Shown piece by piece: positions 52,929-64,000 of a stretch of DNA of 64,000 bases; the stretch's first letter is position 1, and the number at the start of each line of letters is the position of its first letter. The notes below the pieces were generated by a model. That model worked only from the letters and a program-made list of their open reading frames with translations, was not told the origin of the DNA and did not search any database. Origin of the DNA: Kudoa neothunni. Taxonomy: Eukaryota; Animalia; Cnidaria. Location: NCBI GenBank assembly GCA_964304625.1, contig OZ199839.1, positions 7,196,234 to 7,260,233 on the forward strand, in the 5' to 3' direction. The position numbers and the translations under genes were made by a program.

Positions 52929-55900
52929 CAGCGGTTCTTAACCTGGAATCCGAGAACGAATCCAAGGAGACCGTGGGTGATTTAACCCTCCGATGATTTT
53001 GGGGTAGAATCTACCCCAATGCGATTTTAAAATTCAGACATCTCCTTATGTCGGAAGTGTTGGCGTTTAAGATTCTATACATTCCTGTAACACATGTTTC
53101 TTTTTAATTTTTGACTAAAATATTTTTTATATTAAAAAATCTATTGCATGTTTATCTTTTAAAGTATTTTGAGGTATAAATTACTCCACCCATTCTTTAC
53201 GTTTAAATTAAAAAAACGCTTAACTTATATATATAATGTTTTTATAAGCACAGCTGAAATAAATTTACATATCTCACGATAGGTCATTGTGGTTTAATCT
53301 TCTTCATCAATAATTCATTATAAATCTGCATGTCGTAATTTTATATTATGGTTAGACTCATCCCAGTAATTAAATATAGCTTTTAGCGCAAAAACATTAA
53401 TTTTAGTGAATATTTATTTTGAACAATCTAAAAAACTGTCTAAAAAATGTATCGGACAATAAAATTTGTAGCATTTGTGGCACCATCTTGTAATATTTTA
53501 TCATTTTTTTTGAGGACAAAACTCACATCGTGCACTTTTTATGTTTACAGGTGGTTCCAGATGGGAAATGTTTGGTTTATTGAAGTGCCTTTTTGCCGTT
53601 ATATTGGTAGAATGTTTGACCAACAACAATTTAAACAGTTTATGGAGTTGCTCTGCAATCTCCCTTAAGAAGGTTCGTCCATTATTCGATTCACCAAATA
53701 TTTCTTCATACAATGCAAAAGCATTCACCAATGACAAATCGACTGTGCTAAAGAATACGACTAGGGGCAATCTCCTTGTGAATCAACCAACAGAAACCAA
53801 TGCAAGCATCTTGTCGACATTAACTACGCCGCCCTTAATTTTATCATAATCCAATATTAATTGAGGTTTGAACTTAAGGTATTCTCCAGCAACAGAGTTA
53901 TCATGCGTGTCGGAAGTTAGAAGAATCACAGATTTTCTTTTTTTTGCCACATATGATAACAACATATATTTATCGTGAAACAAAAAAATGCTTAAATGAA
54001 GAGGCTCTTTTCTTGAAGGTTGAAGACAAGATGGTATCTCTTTTTTGTTTTTTATCATTGTTCCCAAAAACGGCAACTTCCTTTCCAACAATTTCTTCGC
54101 GAGAGACATCGATGAGAAGAAATTATCAGCGACAACATTTTGGCCAGAATAAAACAAATGAGTTGTATGGTTGAGTACGATGTTTTCACCTACGTTAGTT
54201 TGTCTGTTCGTCTCAGAATTATTCTTTTCCAAGTAAACGCTGGCATTATAAATGTAATTGGCGATTGGATCAACCAATAGAAAAAATTCTTATCATAGTT
54301 TGCCGACTTCATGGGCATACACTGGCAGGAAGGACATCTTCCATGGAACGGAACCATTGTTCATCAACAGTTACATCCTCATTCGGAGCAAAACATTTAG
54401 GTAGCACGTCAACTCACTTCTCCCATATATCACGAATGGCACAGAATTTGTCCAACTTTTTACGTTCTTCGCGTATATTAAAGTCATCGAAATGCAGTGC
54501 TCGGAAATATGTTTGAAGTGCCGAAGTAAAAATAATTGCCGATCAATTTCTCTTCCTTCCTTCTGGCTGAAAAACTCACATCTAGGCTCCTCTCTATCCT
54601 TATAGGTGGCCGTGAGTATTAAAAATCCTAAATATCCCCTAGTTTCTACCAAATCAAGATCGTATCATTGGTCGCCGAAATGATGTTTTCCAAGAATATT
54701 TGTAAACAAAACGATTTCGTTACTGAATTCATAATTCGAAAATAATAAAAAACAGTCCAACATTTTTTTATTTTTGTTTGGGCATAGGGTGTGTATAGAT
54801 TTTATTCTCCGAACCTCTGTTGGACGAGGCTTTGAAGCACTCCATTGAATACTATCTTTACTCGTAAGAACATCAATACCAACGTCGATTATTTCTATTT
54901 CGTCTGAAAATTCTTCATCTTCGTAAATGTGACTTTAACACTCACTTCCCGAAGAACACAAATTATCGTAGAAATCATCCGCCGAGCCGAGCCGCCCATT
55001 GAAAAAACGCACTCACGCAAATGCGCCAACAATTAATATATCATTTTATCGTGGGGTTTAAACTATATCCTCCCGCTGGAAATTTGTTAGATTCTAGTTT
55101 TGAAAACTTTGTAATATGTTTCGTACTTTAAACGAAAAAAATATTTTGGGTTTTTATTCACCTCAAATTACATTACACGTACACAGTTTTTATGATCATC
55201 AGAGGGTTAAATCAAATCTGAATCCAATTTTATCATCCTGAATTCATTAATATTATGTATTTTTAAACGTTTGCGTAATTATTAAAAATTTAAAATATAC
55301 TTCTTGATATTGCAGAAAATGCAATTAGATTGATTACTCTTTTTACAACAACCTGTTATTGCGAAATCAGATGTCCATGCTAGTTACCATAAAAAAACTC
55401 ACGGAATCGTTTATACTCGTGTTACTCTTTCAAATACTTGTCAGAATTTTGTGAACTTATTGCTAAAAAACTACAAAAGTCTCATTTAATACTTTTTTAA
55501 TGTCTATTATTTATAAAAGAGTAGAATTTTTGCATTAATCTCGCATTCTATTATATAAAAATTCCTCATTTGTGAACTCTTTATTGTAATAAACATAATT
55601 AACTAAAACAAAGATTTTATATAGTAAAAATATTTCGATTATTACTAGAACATTTTTCACCTCCAAATTTTTTATGGATTTTACTATAAAACAATTACCC
55701 ATGTATAGATAAAACTTCATTAAATTTTTATTTTAAAATAATGTACATCATTGTCTATATTTTGTTACAATTTTAATAAGTTATACAAAAATTCCAGAGA
55801 AGGATTTCATAGTTTTTATTTTTTTGTTTTAAAACCAAAAATAATTCACGTATTAATGATTAAACATTTTTAATACATATTTTAAAACAAAAGCACAACA

Positions 55901-56235
55901 TGATTAATTTACATAAAAAGAATACTTTAGTAAAATTGGTGATATTATATAAATAATTCAAGTTTTTCCTTTCGTTCCAAAGTTTTCTTTTTTATCACGA
56001 ATTTTTTAAATTAAACTAATATTAAAAATATGTACAATTTGAATTTTATTTTTGCTTAGATAAAATAAGTAACAGTAATTTTTAATTCTTCTTTAGTTGT
56101 TCACTGAAGTGAACAATGGGAACGAAAGTGTAAAATATATGTATGATTGGATTATGCATTAAAACAAGATGGGGTCCGTGATAAGTCCATTCGGCAAATT
56201 AGGGGTTCGCGAGGAAAAAAGGTTAAGAACCACTG
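52929..56235. mobile_element. hAT (Charlie-like) non-autonomous element hosting a nested piggyBac
   Basis: TIRs cagcggttcttaacct / aggttaagaaccactg. TSD ctttaagt (52921-52928) vs ctttatgt (56236-56243). Confidence 0.85.
52986..55206 (-). mobile_element. Full-length but decayed piggyBac transposon
   Basis: TTAA|ccctccgatgat ... atcatcagaggg|TTAA. Transposase remnants DVTVDE, VVADNFFSS, KPQLILDYDKIKGGVVNVDKM and C-terminal RCEFC, with multiple frameshifts and stops. Confidence 0.92.
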
Positions 56236-57229
56236 CTTTATGTGAGTAATGAGAATTCCCCTTTTTGATGTCCGACACGATTAAAAATCAATATAAAGAT
56301 ATTGTAAAATAATTATTTCATATTCCTAAATATTTTGGTAATCGTAAAGTATTTGGAATTTAAAAAATTCGATTTTTCTTATATTTTTTTAATTTCTCTT
56401 TTTACGATAGTATAATTAATAAGGAAGAATATTGTGTAATAAAGTTCAACATAAAAAAAGTTCTAATTTAGAACCAATTTATTTAGACCTTTTTATTTTA
56501 TGAAAAAAGTTCATATTATGTTGTAATAAACAACCAAAATTTCTATATTTTACTAATGTTATTAAAAAATATAATCTAGAATAATTTAAATTTTTTAGAT
56601 AAAGTGTATTATTACAAGATTTATTATAATTTTGTTATTTATATAAAAATCGAAAAATTGTGTTAAAATAATGAATTTTTAATTTTTCGCTCATAGTTTG
56701 TTAAAACCTGATTAACATCTTTCATCATATTATAAAGTAGGAGTAATTAATATTTTGATTTTCGACACTTCTTATGTATTTTCGTTCCTGGTGTTTGTAG
56801 ACTAATAATAAATTTTATAACTATAAGGATTAATTTTAATCGAAAAGAATTGAAAGTCCTATTTTAAATTATTTAATGGTTATGTTTAATAAATAAATAA
56901 ACTGTAATCTTTGATTAGATTTCTCATTAAATTAAGGTCGACATATTTTTGATCAATAATTTGTAAAACAAACTTAAAAATACTCTTTGACTTTCTCCCA
57001 ATACCTCTATTTATATTGGAACGGGAAGTGCGTGAATAATTTGATTTATCTGGATCACTACAGTACAGAAATAATAATACCTAGCGTTAAAGTACATAAA
57101 TAAAATTAGGAAGATGAAATTTAGAGGGTGTAAATTTAGAGGGTGTAAATTTATTAATTAAATTAATTATATCCAAAAAATTATCCATCTGAAGAGAAAA
57201 CTAAAAGTCAAAATTTTCGATCACACATT

Positions 57230-57258
57230 ACCAGGCAAAGACGGGCATTAGCACTAGT
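57230..57258 (+). mobile_element. Helitron-like 3' terminus
   Basis: ccaggcaaagacggg hairpin, then cattagca CTAG|T. Confidence 0.4.
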
Positions 57259-57429
57259 TGAGTATATAAAGATAAAACAAACCATCGAAATTTGTGATAT
57301 TATTGCAAAAATAAGATACTAATGCCTAAGTAATGTGTTTCGTTGTTAACCAATAATAATAATAATAATAATAGTAGTAACTTTGAATTTCACACTTAAA
57401 GAAAACGTAATTATTCCCGTTATAGTTAC

Positions 57430-57540
57430 TTAAGCCTACTACTAATCAAGGTCTCGTCGGATAATCACTACCAAGATACTCTGAAACAATGCTAAGTCTT
57501 ATTTAAAATTCCCATTAAAAATCTCGCAGTCTTGTTTTAT
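57430..57540. mobile_element. Partial copy of the Tigger-like MITE family
   Basis: taatcaaggtc...ataatca...atactctgaaacaatg.taagtcttattt shared with 16235-16300. Confidence 0.65.
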
Positions 57541-57899
57541 AAGAAAACCTTCCCGCTTATTCGCCTATATCTCATAAGTTCGTCCCACCTAACACAGTCT
57601 CTCTAGAGTTATTAATTAATAAATAAAGATATCAATTAAATTATAGAAATTAAGCCCCACTTCATTTAGATGAGTTGACAAAACGAGGGTTATAAGTTAT
57701 AACTACTAGTATAATTCCTCCCCCGAACGCGATAATCCACTTAAAATCACCCAGAAAGCACGCGTATTTCATTCGTGACATATTTTCACGTGATATCGTT
57801 AACTATTCCATTTGAATTAGTGGGGGATCAGGTAACTAGCAATTGCCTGTTAGGTGTTGATTTCGGATTCGTAGAAATTCATTAGGCATAATCGGAACT

Positions 57900-58771
57900 A
57901 TGGCACCCACCTTAGGCTCAATATTTCCAAATTTCTTAGTAAAAACCACGAAAGGGGATTTCTACGTTCATGACTGGATGCGAGATTCGTATATTCCATT
58001 ATGTGTCATCGGTGGCTTCAACATAAAAACTCCATCCATTTGTTTAGATGGGCGTTGATATTTTCTCATCCGGCTGATTTTACTCCAGTTTGCACCACCG
58101 AGCTGGCCAGAATGGCGAAACTACAGCAGGAATTCAATAAAAGGGGCGTCAAAATTATGGGCCTATCTCTGGATTCTTTGGAGAACCATAACCGCTGGAT
58201 TGATGATATAAAATGCTATGCTAAAATTAGTTCGGTTGATTATCCCATAATTGCTGCTGATAGAAAATTGGCTTATGAGTTGGGTATGCTTGACGAGGCC
58301 GAATTAGACTCTACAGGTCTCCCTCTAACTGCAAGAGCTGTAACACAATTTGTTGTTAGACTCACTTTTGAATAATTAAATTGATGAAATAGGTGTTTTT
58401 CGTGGGTCCTGATCTTAAACTTAAAGCCTCAATTCTCTACCCCGCAACTAGTGGAAGAAATTTTGAGTATCATCTAATAGCATCTGCCTTTATCTGATTC
58501 GATTTTGTGTTTAGTGAAATATTGAGACTCATAGATAGTCTGCAGCTCACACATAATCATACTTATGTCGCTACGCCCGTGGATTGGAAAGTAATACGAT
58601 TGTTGTGAGTGTGTTAAAATATCGCCATTTGTACAGACTTCTGAAAAAGTTCTCCTTCAGCCAAAGGTTGAAGTATCCGCCACACCTTATGCAGAAAGTG
58701 ATGTGGAATATTTTCCATTCCCTTCCGGTTTGAAGTATGCTCGTTTTGTGAAGGACCCCACACTAAAATAA
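57900..58771 (+). CDS. PRDX6: 1-Cys peroxiredoxin (peroxiredoxin-6)
   Basis: [12 protein letters not shown]...VHDWMRDS|[19 protein letters not shown]...LTARA|[25 protein letters not shown]|[12 protein letters not shown]...ATPVDWK|...[10 protein letters not shown]; four short introns. Confidence 0.96.
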
Positions 58772-59515
58772 TTCCATATCCTCGTTACATTCATTATTAT
58801 TCAATCTGATACTTGTCGCATTCAAAAAGATGTTTTATCTGAATAATTATTTCTTTTTTTACGCGTTCGATACATTATTTAATCTGTGTTAAATTGCAAG
58901 TCTCTGCAACTGGTTAAGCGGATTCGACCATTATTAGTTGTCTAAACAATGAGTTAAACAAACTTAGATTTGACTTTAAAAAATTCGAGTCGTTAACTTT
59001 TTTTATTTGGCCGCACTAATAAGTGCATGATTTTATCATGTAATAAAAATATCAACAATATTGATTAGTCTTCATATTTAATCAGTGAGTTGGAATTATT
59101 CTACATCACTGGGGTTGTGTTTGAAAACAACACTACGGTGTTTTCAACTATACGTTAAGCGGGAGATCCTCTGTTTAGCGACTCAATTCGATCTAAAAAC
59201 ATTATATTCTAAGAATTGCTGTGTTAATATCTATAAAAATAGAACATCTATTTTTGAGTCTCCATGATTCTTTTACTTAATTATTAAGTTGCACAACTAA
59301 AATGAAGTGAAAAAATGTGAGGGGGGATTTTTCACCTTTGTTTAAATATTATTAAAAGAAAGAAAAAAATATAAAAATACATAGATTCAATTGTGAACTT
59401 ATTTTAATATTTGTTGATTAAAATTCAATGATTAATAATGGTTTCAACAAAAAATTTTGCAGGCGGAAACACTTAGAGGGTATTTCTGAAAATCCTGACT
59501 GTCACGAGTTTTAAA

Positions 59516-61013
59516 ATGGCTGAGGATGTGCCGCTTTGTTCGAAACAAAACTCAAAATATGATAAATATCATCACCGTAAATTAGCTATGATTACAAGAT
59601 ACTTTGGTAAACAGTTGAAAATAATTTTGATTCTATTGTTTCTGTTGGTGGCGATTTCGATGTTTGTGTGGATGCGAATGCATCGTGTATGCCAAGTTTT
59701 TATTTTAAAATTGCCATTATTTTAAATTTAGCCAATTCCCAAAGAACTTAAATATGACGAAATGAAGGTTAAATCTGTTACAGCAAAACGGGGCCATCTA
59801 AGCAGGTATATAGTTGGGCTGACTTTGCAATCTTTAGACACACTCATAGTACCCCTAATGGGAGGTAAATTATCTTTAATTTTTTTAATATAGACGGGTC
59901 TTATTTAAGGTATGGAATATTGCATTAGACTCAATGGGTTTCTAAATGGAGCCAAATCTGAAAGTGTTCCTGGAGTAGAAGCATTCGCTAAAGTTAATAA
60001 TGCAGGCCCAGAAGGATTCGTTGTCTATTTCTACGTAAATAAATAAATAAACAAACAAATCTACTTCATTAGAACTCTCTGTATTGTGTAGACCCATGAA
60101 GGTTTAACCCAGCCCACCATTTATTATCGGTATTGCCAAATTAAATGTTTGATCCTAATGTATTTCTGCCCGCAGTTCAAATACCAAAATGGAAGCCATG
60201 ATGAAATATGCTCATTATCATGATACAAATCCGACAAGCTTCAATCTATCATTTGTTGGGCCTTTCAATTATAGTAAGGTCTACCTATAATAGGAGTTGT
60301 GGTGATTTATTGATGTAAAGATAATGGCGAATTCACGTTTTTCCCTACACATATTCCATACAACTATCGAATAGTTATTATGACAGATTATATGAGTTGA
60401 AGTCGTTTAGTTTCGATTTGAGTAATTCGTTCTCTCTAGCTTCTTATTACTTTGAAGATATGGTAATGCATTTCTACGACCACGGCCTGCCTCTTCACAT
60501 TGTTTATATTATGCCAGTGGTAATTCAACAATTAAAAATTAATTAGTGGATACATTAGGTTCGAAATATTTAGGAATGTGTAAGGGAAGCTTACGTTGAA
60601 ACAGGTTTCAACGATTTATTTTTTAAACGATACTAAAATTTCCAGATAGATCACCAAAGACTGAACCGTGCTATCTGATCCAAGACTGGGCCAGACTTAG
60701 CAACAGGACTGGCAGGGGTGTTGCTTCCAGAATAACACTGCAAGTACAAACCTTGTCCTCTTACGCATCGCTGCATAATTCAAGCTGTATACTACCATTA
60801 ACGTATTTTCGCCCCTCACAACTAAAATTTATTGCGTTAGATGAGTTGGTGGATTTGTTTTACAACGAAACGAGTGATACTGCTCCTAGGGATATTATTA
60901 GAGCATTCGTCTACAGCAGCCATGCATTCCTTCTTTCAACAATTACCGATGACTATATAAAAAAACTCCAAATCACAGATTACTTTAAAGTGAATTGTTT
61001 GGAAATTTACTGA
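59516..61013 (+). CDS. Orphan type II membrane protein, many small exons
   Basis: Basic cytosolic N-terminus, TM LKIILILLFLLVAISMFVWM, then spliced lumenal exons (NGFLNGAKSESVPGVEAFAKVNNAGPEGFVVYFY; YLIQDWARLSNRTGRG; DELVDLFYNET...). No family recognised. Confidence 0.7.
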
Positions 61014-62560
61014 ACGATATCCCCGATAACATGGATCTAAAATTTTAGCCTACGGCATGCTAACATTATTTTACTCGCATTTATTCTCCATTAAAAAATT
61101 GTCTTTATTTCTTCGCATTTGTTCGTTTCGAATTCTCTCCTTTATTTTAGAATAAAACCAATGCAACGGAATTAAATCTTAAAACAATTGATAAATTATT
61201 CTTGGGGGTTTTATTTGTCAACGTCTTTATGGCCACGTCGAGTGCAACTTAAATATTTTAATATTATAGAATGATCTTATAAATGCGAGCTTCACGATAA
61301 ATGCTTGAAACGGGTGCATTACATTTTAAGAGGGTGTAGTTATCTTAAAAAATTTATCAAATTTAACGATGTTATAAAATAAAATAAACGATGTACGTAA
61401 GAATATTTTATTTTTATTCTAAATTTGTAGCGATTTAAAGAAATTTTTGAATCCAAATGTACAAAATTTGGCTCACTCATGAACTATGGTAAATTTGAAA
61501 AAATCATTCTATAATATTTTCTCAATGTCCATTAACGTACTTATTTGTATTTGTTATATATAAGTTATTAAAATAACTTATAATACCATAAATAAGAGAT
61601 TTTTTAAGGTTGGGTGGATGAAAGTGTGTAAAAGTAGCCGTTTGACCATCTTTACTCACGCTTGCGCAGTCGCAAAATGTGATTTAATTCACGAGAAATG
61701 TTTGTGCATATATAAATAAGCAATATTATATTATTATTAATAAATTTATAAAAAATATTTACTTTGAGAGATAAATTTTATAAAATCATTCATAAATATT
61801 TTTTAGTAGAGAATGAGAATAAATCGCAATGGGGAAAACTACCCTCTGACGTAAGTGCGCACCCGTGTTGTCAACGACGCCGACTTTTTCATTATTATTT
61901 TTTTAAGTTTTACATAATTGCTAAATATTTTTTTAAAAGTATAAAATTATGGCACATTCAAAATAAATGGGAACATAGCTGTAGTTTATTTCAGCACGAG
62001 AACCCTCAAAAAAAAAATTTTTATATTCAGTGCAATAATTTATTGAAAATTAAAATATCATCAATCAAATTAATACACTTAAGTTAGAACCTTGTTATTT
62101 ACAAAATCATCCTCACATATACAAAAAATAAAGGAATTCAGGCCACAATGAAGATGCTAAAAAAGAGAGAATTAGACACATTTTAAGATGTTATATTTTA
62201 GTTGAGACCAAGAATTTTAATTATTTTCGTCAGTGATCGCGATGCATTATCTTAAACAAGAGAATGGATTATTTTTGAATTATCACGAAACATGTTAGAT
62301 GTGTTGTGCTGGAATTCTGAAGAAGACTTTGGTGGCGGTTGTATGAAATACAAAACTGTCCTTAATAGTGTTGGTTGATCGATCGATTTTTAAAAATTTT
62401 TAATGTTAAGTAATATCCATATAAATCAAAATTAAACTAAAAATGATGTAATTGACTATTTTATCCAAATTTTAATCGATGAATGGTCGTACAGAAAGAT
62501 AAAACTTCGTTTAGATTTAGTTGTTTTATTCAAAAATAGAACTAAAGGTCCGGTTACAGA

Positions 62561-62869
62561 TACCGTGTTTTCACAAAAATAAGACTGAATGTGATTGTTA
62601 GTGGAAAGTTTTAAATAAGACCTGGTATTGTTCCAGAGTATTTTGGTAGTGATAATTCGGCAGAGTCTTGATTATTGGAATTTATTTACGAATATAATGA
62701 ATATGTACGTTTTCAATAAATATAAAAAACTTAATCTACATCACTTTCTTAGATAATCACATAAGTATATTATCCTTTGATTTTATTTCATAAATATAAG
62801 ACCTAGTAGCTATTTCTTGTGTAAAATTAATAGAAAATACGACCCTAATTATTCCGAGGAAATTCGGTA
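62561..62869. mobile_element. Tigger-like MITE, copy in opposite orientation to 16010-16383
   Basis: taccgtgttttcacaaaaataagac ... ttattccgaggaaattcggta; the interior is the reverse complement of copy 1. Confidence 0.7.
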
Positions 62870-64000
62870 ATTGGAATTAAAGGAATATACAGATAAGACT
62901 TCAAAAACAATTATTGATGAATTTGATAATCAATAATTACTTATTATGGGTTCGAATATAATAATTTAATCGGATATAGGTCTGATGGTGCTATTTTTAT
63001 GAACAAAAACATAATAGTTTGGACTCTAAAATTTTATACTAATATTAATGTTGTTCAATTTATTTTTAATTGCCATTCATTTGACACGAATATTGAAGAA
63101 ATATTTCCTTTTCTCCACATTCCATGAGTGGTTTTTTGTAAAAAATCAGAAATAGTTAAAAAGGCGATAAGAGAAAGTCAGATTATCTGCAAACTTAAAT
63201 TTTTTCAGAGCAATCAATCAGTTATAATGTGTAATCTGTAAATCATCATCACTTTAGGCATCAGAACGATGATATATTTGAATTGTTCATTAGCAATTTG
63301 GATCTTATTCAATATTTTCCAATAATTTACCGATATCTTCTAAACAGTTAGATATTTAATCATTATCTTCTAAAAAAAGTAAATCGTTTAAATTATATTT
63401 CTGTTGTTATGCTATTGAGAAAAAAAACGATACTTTTTTTATAAAGCTCATCGACTCATGAATTTCAATGGACAAATTTTAATTATTTAGAGTTTATTAA
63501 TATTTAATCAAATTAGTGGTCAATTTTGATGACTAGAATCGCATGCATTGACATAAATTTACTTCCAATTCCCCCAAAACTATGTTCACTAAGAAACTCA
63601 ATTAAATTTTAATATAATGAAATTTTAACAATTGTATCTAAAATAAAATTATACGCTTGCTTAGTAATATATGAAACAAATTTTAGTAATATTTACCATC
63701 AAACAATTATCCAATCAAATTTTAAGTTCAATTAATTAGTTGATCTCTCTAAAAACAGATTTAAAAAAGTAAAAATATGGTTAAAAATAAATTTGTGATA
63801 ATGCAAAAATCAGAATTTTAGAAAATTTAAGGAGGAGGACTTTCAAAGGTATATACACATGTTATCATATAATTTTAAGCCAGACTCTATATAAACAAAT
63901 GGTAATTATCCAAAAGTACGATAAAGTTTGTCTCAATCAATAAAGATTAATAAATAATTTACATTAGAAACATGTTTAAAAAACCGGAAAAAATTAGAAT

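Noticed and set aside
19591-58771. Functional clustering of two peroxiredoxins and two rRNA-processing genes
   Set aside because: Different subfamilies, separated by unrelated genes and tens of kb; chance is sufficient without synteny data
59910-59928. 19-nt intron candidate
   Set aside because: A single 64-nt intron 59865-59928 keeps the frame without it

Overview
AT-rich eukaryotic, almost certainly animal, genomic DNA with very short GT-AG introns (mostly about 27-65 nt) and TE-rich intergenic regions. The compact introns, highly divergent orthologues and a metazoan-type NAB gene suggest a reduced parasitic metazoan such as a myxozoan (inference only). Nine spliced genes are supported: a large type I surface protein built from Cys-stapled FN3-like repeats (1523-8490, +); a NAB corepressor fused to a retro-integrase-type HHCC zinc finger (~9708-12228, -); a mitochondrial-type 2-Cys peroxiredoxin; Eps15 with three EH domains; RCL1; a Cys/Pro/Lys repeat protein; RRP6/EXOSC10; PRDX6; and an orphan type II membrane protein. 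Intergenic DNA holds relics of hAT, piggyBac (one nested in a hAT element), MULE, pogo/Tigger, Merlin and possibly Helitron elements, plus a structured tRNA-derived SINE. Many frameshifts sit in homopolymer runs and are probably assembly errors. Exon boundaries were inferred by eye. The strongest novelty candidates are the NAB-HHCC fusion and the Cys-FN3 surface protein.
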